Assembly (NCBI RefSeq): GCF_009914755.1
Contig: NC_060936.1
Strand: one strand, 5' to 3'
DNA: 64,000 nt
From: the human T2T-CHM13v2.0 reference genome, Homo sapiens
Each line of letters starts with the position of its first letter. The first letter of the stretch is position 1. Positions 31,319 through 43,089 of this stretch are shown here, piece by piece. The position numbers and the translations under genes are program-made. The notes below the pieces were generated by a model. It saw nothing but the letters and a program-made list of their open reading frames with translations, ran no database searches and was not told where the DNA came from.

Positions 31319-32510
31319 TGAGAGGTGACAGCGTGCTGGCAGTCCTCACAGCCCTCGCTCACTCTCGGCGCCTCCTCTGCCTGGGCTCCTACTTTGGTGG
31401 CACTTGAGGAGCCCTTCAGCCCTACGCTGCACTGTGGGAGCCCCTTTCTGGGCTGGCCAAGGCCGGAGCCGGCCCCCTCAGCTTGCGGGGAGGTGTGGAG
31501 GGAGAGGCGCCGGCGGGAACCGGGGCTGCGCGCGGTGCTTGTAGGCCAGCGCGAGTTCCGGGTGGGCGTGGGCTTGGCGGGCCTTGCACTCAGAACAGCC
31601 GGCCGGCAGGGGCTTAGCACCCGGGCCAGCGGCTGCTGAGGGTATACTGGGTCCCCCAGCAGTGCCGGCCCACCGGCGCTGCGCTCGATTTCTCGCCGGG
31701 CCTTAGCTGCCTTCCCGCGGGGCAGGGCTCGGTACCTGCAGCCCGCCATGCCTGAGCCTCCCCCGCCCCCGCCGTGGGCTCCTGTGCGGCCGGAGCCTCC
31801 TCGACGAGCGCCGCCCCCTGCTCCAGGGCGCCCAGTCCCATCGACCACCCAAGGGCTGAGGAGTGCAGACCCACGGCGCGGGACTGGCAGGCAGCTCCAC
31901 CTGCAGCCCCGGTGCGGGATCCACTGGGTGACGACGCCAGCTGGTCTCCTGAGTCTGGTGGGGACGTGGAGAACCTTTGTGTCTAGCTCAGGGATTGTAA
32001 ATGCACCAATCAGCGCCCTGTCAAAACAGACAACTCGGCTCTACCAATCAGCAGGATGTGGGTGGGGCCAGATAAGAGAATAAAAGCAGGTTGCAGTGGC
32101 AACCTGCTCTGGTCTTCTTCCACGCTGTGGAAATTTTGTTCTTTCTTTCTTTGCAGTAAATCTTATTGCTGCTCACTCTTTGGGTCCACACTGCCTTTTT
32201 GAGCTGTAACACTCACTGCGAAGGTCTGCAGCTTCACTCCTGAAGCCAGCGAGACCAGGAACCCACCGGGAGGAAGGAACAACTCCAGATGTGCCGCCTT
32301 AAGAGCTGTAACACTCACCGCGAAGGTCTGCAGCTTCACTCCTGAGCCAGCGAGACCACGAACCCACCAGAAGGAAGAAACTCCGAACACATCCAAAAAT
32401 CAGAAGGAACAAACTCCAGACACCCCACCTTTAAGAACTGTAACACCACGAGGGTCCGCAGCTTCATTCTTGAAGTCAGTGAGACCAAGAACCCACCAAT
32501 TCCGAACACA
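31319..32510 (+). mobile_element. LTR12C (ERV9) solo LTR
   Basis: Starts TGAGAGGTGACAGCGTGCTGGCAGTCC, ends acccaccaattccgaacaca; CpG-rich U3; three U5 tandem units. Confidence 0.96.
32000..32110 (+). promoter_or_regulatory. LTR12C core promoter
   Basis: CCAAT at 32006 and 32044, GGGTGGGG GT box, GATAAG 32071, AATAAAA TATA-like box 32079-32085. Confidence 0.6.
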
Positions 32511-34300
32511 GTCCTATATGTCAGTTTTGTTTTCACTGTGCACTTTAATCAATATGAAATAATCTTTGATTCAATACATTTTAAAAATTATTCTTTATGA
32601 CCTCCTTTTACTTTATATTTGTATAAGTCTTTCAATCTTTTCACTTTTAATCTTTATTTCACTAGATATTGGTGAATTGCTTATAAACACAATGCATATC
32701 ATCTTAGTCAATGAGTTTAAGAATCTATTTTACCTTCATAAAGAAATATGGGTTATGTGTATTTATTATTATTGACATATTTATTTTGCTGTGTCATATA
32801 TATTTTTATTTTTGTTTGCTACTTCTATAGTCATTAAATGCATTATTTTCTCTGTATCTTTTAAAAGTCTTATTTTAAGATTTATAAATTTTATGTCATT
32901 TGCAGGTTATCTTGTTTCTCAAGAAAACATTAACTAGAATTCTCCATTCAGCCGAACATAAACTGAATTCATAACTTTTTATTTCTCTTTATTTAAAATA
33001 CATAATCAAACATAATTCTGCTGCCATCTGAGCTTAGAGTCATGCACTTCTCTTTGTTCATGTACACGAATATTAGAATAAGATTATCATTTATTAAAAT
33101 GTACATATTACACTCATTGCTTTCAGAATGATTTTGACATAACATTTAATTTTAAAGCTATATGTGAAATAATCATTTAAAATGAGTATTTTTAATGTGT
33201 TTCTTATTGCATGTCCTTGAATTTTTTTATTTAACCTTAATTCTGGATTTTTAGGTCTTCAATTTCAAATATATGAAAGGCAGTTTATTTTCAATGTCGT
33301 TACATATCTAAGAATATATTTTCTTCATATGTGAAAGAGAAACTTTATGTCCTCTTATACTACAGAAGTATCTACTCAGATGTCTTCATTACCCTTGGTT
33401 AGTACTATGAAGGGAAAGTCACATGCCCTGTGATATATTCACAGGGCTTGAGGAGATTTTCATAATCTTCATATTTCAAATATTTCTTCTTCTTCTAGTT
33501 ATTTAGCATAGAAAGTGGGAAACCTATACATTTGCTAACATGAGTATTTTTTAGTTCAGAATATTTTCTCAAGTTATGTCATTGATTTTGACCAACACTT
33601 CTTACTCCTTCTTCAAATGCTTCTCTTAAACTTACATTTTTATTTTATTATCTGTTGTCCAAATCTCTCTTGGATTTTATTATATGTAATAATAAAATTA
33701 AATTAAAATTAAACCATAAATAAAAACATAATAAAAGATAATAAATACAAAAATAAAGGCATAAGTGTAAAAGATGTGTTTGAAGCTCCTAAGCTGTAGG
33801 GTAATTTGCAAGTCTGCACACTAAATGACTAATTAAATTTTGTGCTTTGTCAGTTTTGTATTTTACTACCTCGAGAAGCTGCATATTTGTTTCTTAGAGG
33901 TATTTCTTATTTGTATCTGTTTATAGTCTATTCTATTGACTTATTTTAGATTTTTTCTCTTAATGGTTTAAAAGCATTATAGTAGCCTTATCTTTAAATT
34001 TTATTGAATGTTCCAATTTGTCTTCTGAAATATCTTTTCTGATTTCCAAAGTAGATCCATTTTTAGAGATTTCTTTTGAGGGATTCTTACTCCATTGTTT
34101 ATAAACACCATTTTCTAAAGCTAATTTTTTTTTTTTTACTGTGATCTTATTCAAATTAGGTGAGATATCTTCAGACTTAATATTCACTAATGAATATGAA
34201 TCTGGACTACTACTTGAAGTTGGTAGATGATCAATTTTCTCCTATGATTTTTCTTAGCTAGATTCAAGTTGACTTGCACAGAACCTATATAATTCTCTGC
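32511..34300 (-). mobile_element. Old L1ME/HAL1-like remnant (reverse)
   Basis: Very T-rich degraded L1-like antisense sequence; boundaries uncertain. Confidence 0.45.
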
Positions 34301-35788
34301 TTTTGGTAGGCATTAACATACTGTTTAATAACCAGTGGAGCATATAAAATGCTACACTACTAAGCTGGCAGTGCTTCAGCCTCCATTTTATCTCTGTTTG
34401 ACCTAATGCACTTTACTTGTAAGAACTATACCTCTTAAGCGGCAAAGAAAGCTTATTTTCAACTTACTGCCTTTTTGGCTTTTGTAATTTGCTAAACCTG
34501 AGTGGATGTGAATAGCTAGGCTTGAATAATATGGACAGGAACAGTCTTCAGGCTTCCCTCAAAAGCAGCACCTTATGAGCAGAGTTGATTTGGCATAGGC
34601 TGTGGGTCTCTCTCAGATAATGTGAAATACAGCATACTTTCTTAGTTTTTTTATAGGCAGGATCCATTGAAAAGCAAAGCTTGGGTAAGATATTTTTCCA
34701 AATCAAACTCGTCTGCCTTCCACTGGTGGGATTCTGGCATATATTGTCTTTCTTCTACATCAGTGTTGGTTTGTGAGTTTTTATTTTTTTTAATGGTCTC
34801 TGTAGGTTTTCTTAAATTGGAATTTGTGAGGATCTGCATTTAGAGCTAGGGCTGAGGTCAATTTTTATATGTCCATGTTTTCAGGTTTTTAGAAAAATGG
34901 AGTGCTTATGAATTATGCACTTAAGCTATGTAAAATTACATGACTAATAAAAAAATTACATGACTGTATTGTTGACAATTTCTAAATCTATTTACAACTA
35001 TCAACTAATGGTTTGGTAATAGGCAATAGCCAAAATGATAATAATTTATACCTTAAAAGATTTTCAATTTATTAATCAAAATTTATATTTCGTAACTTGG
35101 TATCAATGTCATCAGAAGTACTATAATAATATCCAAAATGGCATCAACGATTCTCTCCCAAACTAAAGCACTCAAGAGATGCCTAGAAGATCAAATACCA
35201 TTCCAATGCTTCCCTATGCTCTACCTCCTGCCAAACCATGCTTGACATTCCAAATTTACAAGTAGTCGGTTTTAAATTCTGCTAGGGATTTATTCATCTT
35301 AATGCTCTGGTTTCTGGTAAATCACTTGGGTTAGAGCACTTAAAACTCTCATCATATATTTATATCTCCCTCTGAAGAGGATGTAGGCTTGAGACATAGA
35401 AGAGAGGGAAAGATTGAGGAGTGAAGCTGCATTCCCAGGGTAAAGAGATGCTTCTACTATTTGAGGAAAAAATCAGAGAACACAGAAGACAAAGGATAAA
35501 CACAAAAAGCAGTCTTTGCTCACATTACAGTTTTGCTTCAAGCTAACATTAACCAGACTCCATGTTCGTCTACGAATAATTTCTTATCCACTACAAATCA
35601 GAATGTGATTCCATAGATAATGTCCTATGTGGGGGTGGAGTATTTGATCAAATAATATTCAGGAGGTAGACTTCATTGGCCATGCCCAAATTGTTGAGGT
35701 TTTGAGATGTTCTACTTGCCACAGTTTTTAACATGGCTTAAGCATTCTTAACTTTTTAAAATTTCTCTTAACCTGAATCTGCATGTGA

Positions 35789-36150
<362 letters not shown>

Positions 36151-36339
36151 CTATAGGGACAGGGAAATTATATTTTTGCCAACTGTATTCCTGGCATTTA
36201 GGAGAGGTTTGAAACATAATAGTTCCTCAGCAAATATTTGTTGATTAGATAAGTGGATAAATAAGAGATGAAGGAAGTCAGCAATCATCAAAGGGAAGTA
36301 TCAAGATTGTTAAATATTAGGAAATGTCTTTTGTAATGA

Positions 36340-36490
36340 ATAGAGCACTGGAAGAGACATCAGAACTGGATTCTTATTTGTGGCATGGGGCCATGGGGCT
36401 AAACTGCTGTGTAATATTTGATCAATAATTATCCCAAACTATTGAGTTTCTCCCAGCCTAAGGTTTCCTTTGTGTAATATAAGTGCTGAG
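36340..36490 (+). mobile_element. MIR, degraded
   Basis: 'aatagagcactgga...ctggattc...gcctaaggtttcctttgtgtaatat'. Confidence 0.45.
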
Positions 36491-36689
36491 AGAGTGTTTA
36501 ATGAATATAATTAGTATAAACTTCTCCACAAACCCAAGTAAGCAAATATAGCCATAGCCATAGGTATTTTTTTTTCCAATAAATTGCTCTAATATCACAT
36601 GTAGCATGTTAGCCAGAATATCTGTTTCTCTCTTCCCCTGAATCTTCTGTTGACCTTAGGGCTTATGCAATACAAAGAGAGAGACAGAA

Positions 36690-36900
36690 CATGGAGTCTC
36701 ACCTGTGTGCTCCTGCTATTGCTTTGTGCTGCCACGTGGTATCTGTCACATTTGACAGATGGCACTAGGCCACCCACCAATGATGTTCCTTTGGTCCACA
36801 TATCTGGCCCTCCTGCCATGGCTCTAAAGCAGGGAGAATAATTGTAATTATCTGAGTCAGCTTGGGTAGCTCTTAGGTTGCAACAATTAGTGTTCAACTC
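36690..36900. promoter_or_regulatory. Candidate enhancer (dense motif cluster)
   Basis: CACCTG 36700, CCACGTGG 36732-36739, inverted CTGTCA/TGACAG pair 36741-36760, TAATTA 36845, TGAGTCA 36853-36859 in unique DNA. Confidence 0.35.
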
Positions 36901-38173
36901 TTTGAATCCTAAACCCGACTGGCTCCCAGAGTGCTTAGCTAGCATGGGGACATGATTTGTTCCAGTATTTGATGTCTTTCTGAAGCAGAATTATCACCCT
37001 CTTCCCTTTGCAGTGTTCACACCTACAGAGAGTGGGCTGATTTTCTTTAAACCCACAGAGCATAGGTTGTCTGGTCATCATATCTATTTAATATAAGACA
37101 CACCTGATTTGACATATTTCAATTTAAATTTTAATATTTTTAAGGACTGCGCTCCTGCTGTCATCCAGGCTGGCTCTTTTTACACACTCTTTCACCACCC
37201 CAGGGGAATGTCAGAAAGCCAAGAAGCCCTTTCCTAAAAGCCCCATGGCTTCATCAAGGCTTGATAGTCTCTTTTATCTGAGAAGGAGAGGGGCGGAATA
37301 GTAACTGAAATCAACTCTGACCAGCTGTCTGGGAGCAGCTTGAAGCATACTGGTACAGAGGGGGTAATTGTATTTTATACTCTGGCAGATATGATAACAA
37401 ACCCTTTCCCCTGGCAGTGGGACACTTTGCCAACCTTCTAAGAAAAATATCTCTAGGTGATTCCAGAGATTCCAAAACCCACCTTTTGGAAGGAAGGCAG
37501 CCTCTTTCCAAAGGTGATTTCCCATTTGAGGAATTAGAACAATAACACACAATTGTTATTCATCTCTGGGCAATGAAAATAAAGAAAAACAAAACATTGT
37601 CCATGGAATTGGCAAGCTGTAACATGTCTAAATTTAATTTGGAGTCTCATTGTCAAAGCCAATTTCAGGGAAAATTATGAAACAGATAGATCCCTACCCT
37701 AAACACTTTGCCCTAGCTCAGCATCTCCCTTTTCTATTCTATCATTCTGTTCCCTAAAATTCCAACGCTCAGGCACCCAGGACTTCGCACATGTATGTTT
37801 CTCTCTTTCTGTCAGTATGTTACCAACTAATTCCTGCTAAGACTTGAGGTAATAACTATGGTATTGCTCACTGTTAGATATTAAGAAAAAAGATAGTATA
37901 AAGAGAATTTGCATTGCTGAGTCTTTTGATAGCTGACAGGTTTAATATGTTTGAGGGGAACATTGGCCTAATATTTCAAGTTGACCTGGGTGCACTTCTA
38001 CTGAAAAGGCTTTTGAAAAATGTCAGGACTCCAGCTCAGCCTCCCAGGCTTGTGGCTAGGGACTCTCTGAACATCTGGACATAGCCTGTTTGGCTTCACT
38101 GAAAACCTTTTCTGATCCTCATTCTTCCTACATTATATGAAACGTTATACTGAAAACCCACTCATAAGGCCTC

Positions 38174-38235
38174 GTGTGTGTGTGTGTGTGTGTGTGTGTA
38201 TGGTGTATGTGTGTGTGTGTATAGTGTATGTGTAT
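38174..38235. repeat. (GT)13 microsatellite with degenerate extension
   Basis: Pure GT run 38174-38199. Confidence 0.95.
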
Positions 38236-41200
38236 GGGAAGTTTGACACTCTAGTAGCCACCTTCACTTCCTACCTTTATTGATAGACTTGCTCTGTGTG
38301 TTTCTACTGAGGTATTGAGGTATTGCTATATTACAGCCATTGAGGTAGTGAATAAAATGAAGAATTGGGAGCCTCTTCAGAAAGGTTATTTCACTATAAA
38401 GCAAAATATTATTATCTACATTTTCCTGTTTTTCTTTGCCAATGCACTTGCCTTTTGCTGCTTTGCCTACTAGCCATTCTAAAATTAAAAACATAAGCAT
38501 ATTTAATTGCAACCCACTCACACAGTCAACACCATGTCAATAGCTAGACCATCGTGACAAGATCCTCACGGGTGGGTAGTAAGCCTCTTTCCATAGCCAG
38601 ATTCTGGTAGTTATTGCCAGAATACAATCCTACACATGGTATTAAATGCAAGTGCTTTGATCAACTCATCAAATGTAGCGTGAAGGGAGGGGAAAAGAGG
38701 TTTTAATACAATATTGCATTTGAAGGGACATTCCCAGCATTAACTGATACAACAAAATTTGTAAAGGGTGAAAGTCATGGATCTAATTTTAAATAGGATC
38801 ACCCACATAAGTTCAAGTTCTACATGCTTTAGTTGCCAGTTTTGAAATTGCTTACTTTGTGGTCAGGTTAGAGGTAAGAGGGCACAAAGAGGAAACAATA
38901 CCTACCCAAACTGCAACCTAGTTGGACAATGTTTCATTCTTATTTCCACTTAAACTTAGAGGATATTTTGGTAGGCTATATTTAAAATCTGTATCTCTAG
39001 CACACACCCTAAGTCCCGACTCGTTTTTATTAATAATGCAGAACTGTTTTCTTTTTTAGGAGGGGTGAAATAATTGCATAGACTTTCTTCAATTATATTG
39101 TACCATATGTTGTAAGATAAGTTATATGAGCATATGTGTTTCATTATGAATATGAGCATATCAAGAAGAGAACACAAGATATTTGGACACTTATGCTGTA
39201 TGCCATCTCTTCTCCAACCCCATCAAAACCCCTGAAGTCTCAGAAAATTTGGATGATAATCACCTGTGAATCTTCTCACATAAAATTTCCAGTAGTTCCT
39301 GAAGTTAATACAACCAAAAATGCCAATAGAACAGACTTTGCTATATTACAGAACATCTGGTTCTGATCCTGGCAAGAGAAAATGAAAAGTAATGGAAACC
39401 AATATTTTGCCAGGATATGTTTTTTTCAAGGTTCTTTTTTAGAAATGGGCAGAGATTCAATGGGCATCAATTCCCGGAATCGTTTGTTCCCTCCCCATTT
39501 TCGGTTCTATAGCTCTTTCAATTATGCACACACCCAGATTTATATGCAGCCATATCTTCTTTTATTTGTAGAGCAAATCTTTACTTCACTCGAAATTTCT
39601 GATCTATAAGGTGGTACACTTGCAACAGAGTCAACATGATAAATCTTTCAAGTAAGAGGATTATAGCTATTAATTAGAATGTGTTTTTGCATTTACTATT
39701 TTAAAAACAAGCGGTGGGTGTTCATGAGATGTCAGGGACACTGGCCTCTTATTATATTCATATTTCTCAAAGCTTATAAATCCTCAAGAGATCTCATGTT
39801 TCATAGAAACAACACAGTTCTAAAGACAAAATATGTTATTATGTTTGCCGTTGAAAAAAGGAATTTTTTAATTCAACATTTAAAAATAGCAAAATAATAT
39901 GTGTGTGTATGTGAGTGTGTATATGTCTCCACATGTAACAAATATATTTAATTTTACATAGAAGAAAAGATCACTTTCTCTTAGATACATTAATGAAAAG
40001 GAATACATTTGTTTATGGATTTAATATTACAGGAATATTTATCAATAAGTCACATTCCTAGAGAAGTCTGAAGAGGGTGTAGCCAGGTATAACAAGATGT
40101 CTGGGTATGCTTTACATTTCATTTTATATGAAATTAAAGCCAAAGAATGGTCAGATGTTTGTGACTTTGCTAGGAAAAGAGAATATTTTCATTTTCCCAT
40201 CTCTGTATACCCCTCCTTCCCTGTAATCAAAGTAGATTTTTTTTTGTGAAAAATGAAATTTTAGCTACTTTGAACAGAGAAAGATGGCTTTGTGGAAACA
40301 AAGGGACAATATGAAAGAAATCACACAGGACACGTGGAAGAAATAGGAATGAGGAAAAGCCAGGAATTCAGAAAATTGGAGCTACATCCTTCTAAAGCAA
40401 TCTGTGGCATTCCAAAAGTTTTGTTTTTAAACTGATATCATGTTCCTATCATATTTATATCATTTTACTGTTTCATGATTCATGTTACTAAAGATTTCCG
40501 GTATAGAGATTTAATCCTAATTAACTCAAAAAACATTTCTCTTAAGTATTTTTATTCAACTTCCTAATTTTAGAAGATCAGATCTGCTGGAATCAGGGTA
40601 AAATATTGGGAAATAAAAGATTTAGGGTCTTCCCAAGCTTTTCTAGAAGACTAGTCTAATTCTGTGAAATGTGCCCTCCTCTCTGCCCCCAGCAGCCTAT
40701 GAGTCAAATGGAGCTCCCGTCCACAATGTGCCTTTCTCCTCAAAGCTTGTGTTTGTTCAAGGACTCACACAATTCTCCTTTTCTCATATCAGCAAATTTC
40801 CTAGGAATGGAGAAAAATTTGCACTAAATCCTTCAAAACATTAAGTCCTGTGTAACCAAAATGAAACCTACACAAAATATTTTTCAAAGTTTTCAGCAGT
40901 CCCTGTTTTCCTTCCATATGCTCAGTGTTTGTTTTTTATACTAAACAAATAAAAAGGGGAAACTTGTGTTAAGAGAAGTATGCTAGAGTTACTTTAGTGA
41001 AGTACTGCATATCTATCAAAGCCATTCTCAGTTTTGGTGCAGAAATAGATGCAAAATTTAATTAATATGTATATTCAATATCATGGCACGAAAAACGTAT
41101 GCATCACAAAGGCTTAGGCAGGCCACGATCTGTCAGGTAAATACATGTTTTGATGCGTGTCCAATCCCCAAATAAAATTTTGAAACCATGTGGGAAGGTC

Positions 41201-41704
41201 TCAAGTAAATGTTCTTGATATTTAAAATATGCTCTGCCTTACCATATGTTTGAAGAATTATGAATATTGGCCAGTTTCTCTTTGCGAACAGTTGCAGTGC
41301 TAGGACTGACTTTTAGAAATTCCTCACTACAGGATAGTGTCTCAAGGATCATTTGAATTCTGTGTGTATGAACTATACGAAATTTTAAGTTTGGAAGGAT
41401 TTGTGGCAGGGCAGTTGTGTTGGTTTAAATGCAAGGACTTGGAGGCAAAATTGGTTGCAAAGAAGCAAGGTGTATTCTTCGGAAATGGCAACATAATAGG
41501 CGCTCTGCAGCAACGCAATGCCTCTGTTTTTTGTGAGCAACTTCAACAATTCCCCGGACCACCAGAAAAGGGGTGAAGGCAAAGTGCTGTGAGACACATG
41601 CAGTGAGGAGACGAGCACACCAAAGGGGTAGCTGAAGACCACCCACTCTATGTCTTAAAGACAGCGATGAACAGTAGAACAGGACCCTTACAACCACATG
41701 AACT

Positions 41705-41871
41705 GGCTTTCCGTTCCAATTCAGACTTTCTCTTTTGTAGTTTTGGGTAAGCTGCTTAACTTCTCAGACCTTTAGATTCCTCATCTGTAAAATGGGACTA
41801 ATCATCAAATCAATCTATACAGAGTTATATTAAGGATAAATGAGCTAACAAGTGAATGTATCAAGCACATA
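41705..41871 (+). mobile_element. MIR
   Basis: 'ttgggtaagctgcttaacttctc...ttcctcatctgtaaaatgggactaat'. Confidence 0.8.
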
Positions 41872-41908
41872 TTATTCTTTCAATGAGGAATTCTCTTTAT
41901 TGAAGAGA

Positions 41909-41965
41909 ATAAAATCATGTAAGGAGGGTATTCTCTCTCAGCATACCCTCCTTGTATGATTTTAT
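41909..41965 (+). repeat. Inverted repeat: 23-bp arms, 11-nt loop
   Basis: ataaaatcatgtaaggagggtat / ataccctccttgtatgattttat; 21 Watson-Crick pairs plus 2 G.T pairs. Confidence 0.95.
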
Positions 41966-42670
41966 CCAAGCTTGAGATTTAAACTAAAATATATAACGAT
42001 AACTCCCAAATCTCTAATTCCAACCTTGCCTTCTCTCCAGAGTTTCAGACTCACACAGCCAGGCACCCTTTTATCTCTCAACTGTGCTAACACAACAGTT
42101 CCCTAAATGGTCTCCCTGCCATATCGCCTCAAATGCATCCTCCACACATTAGGCAAAGTGATCTATCTGAAATGCAAACCTAAATGGTTTCTTCCTTTAA
42201 AAATAATTCAGTCATGCCCCGTCACTTACAAAAAGAACCTGCAATCTACAGCCCAAAGGCCACAGAAAAGAGTGTCCAACAAGATTATATGTGGTTCATA
42301 ATGCCTAAAATATTTACTATCTGAACCTTTACAGAAAAAAAATTTGCCAACATGGCACACTTTAAGTCTTGATGCCCACACAGCTCTCCTAATCTTTCTC
42401 ATTCTCTTCCTTACTTTCAGCCAGACTGAACCACTGATATGTTGTTTAGTCAAATAGAATCTATAATTCCAGGCCTCTATGCCATGGTACATTCTGTGGT
42501 CTCTGTCACAAATGCCTTTTCTCTTACCTTCGCCTGACTAACACCTACTCATTCTGCAATTTTTACATTAACTCTCATCTCCTCCAGGAAGCCTTTGAGT
42601 ATCTGCCTCACCCATACTCACCAAGCAGAGTTAACTGTCTTTTCTGCTGCATTCCCATGATTTCTTATGA
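41932..42670 (+). mobile_element. L2 fragment (interrupted by MER58A)
   Basis: 'gataactcccaaatctctaattccaacc...tttcagactc', 'tcatctcctccaggaagccttt'. Confidence 0.7.
42237..42356. mobile_element. MER58A, internally deleted
   Basis: 'gcctaaaatatttactatctgaacctttacagaaaaaaaatttgccaac'. Confidence 0.8.
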
Positions 42671-42677
42671 ATATTAC

Positions 42678-43060
42678 TATTTTAGTCCCTTTAGGCTGCT
42701 GTAACAAATGCACCATTGACTGGGTAGTATATAAGCAACAGAAATTTATTGCTCACAGTTCTGGAGGCTAGGAAGTCCAAGATCAAGGTGCTAGCAGATT
42801 TGATGTCTAGTGAGGGCCTGATCCTCATAGATGGTAACTTCTAGCTGTGTCCTCACATGCCAGAAGGAGCAAACAGGCTTCCCTGAGCCTCTTTTATAAG
42901 GTCACTAATCCAATTCATGAGGGCCCCACCCTCATGATCTAATCAATTCTCAAAGGCACCACTACCTAATACCATCACTTTGGGGGGTGGAGGGACACAG
43001 ACAGAGGGAGTGATTAGCTCATAGTGGTGAAGCCCTCATGAATGAGATCAGACCATAGCA
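42678..43060 (-). mobile_element. MLT1A0-like solo LTR carrying a 46-bp templated insertion
   Basis: 'gaaatttattgctcacagttctggaggctaggaagtccaagatcaaggtg'; ends 'tcagaccatagca'. Confidence 0.9.
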
Positions 43061-43089
43061 ATATCTAACATTATAGTAATTCATATTAT

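Noticed and set aside
32200-32510. Three ~100-bp direct repeats, superficially CRISPR-like
   Set aside because: Normal LTR12 U5 tandem units without unique spacers; eukaryotic DNA
31312-32536. Overlapping GC-rich ORFs up to 178 aa
   Set aside because: All lie inside LTR12C; high GC suppresses stop codons
34932-34965. aaaattacatgact repeated at 20-bp spacing
   Set aside because: Ordinary small tandem duplication with no sign of function
38601-38623. attctgg...ccagaat hairpin
   Set aside because: 7-bp stem is expected by chance in 64 kb
41337-41697. Three overlapping short ORFs
   Set aside because: Non-ATG starts and no domain similarity; kept only as a non-coding candidate
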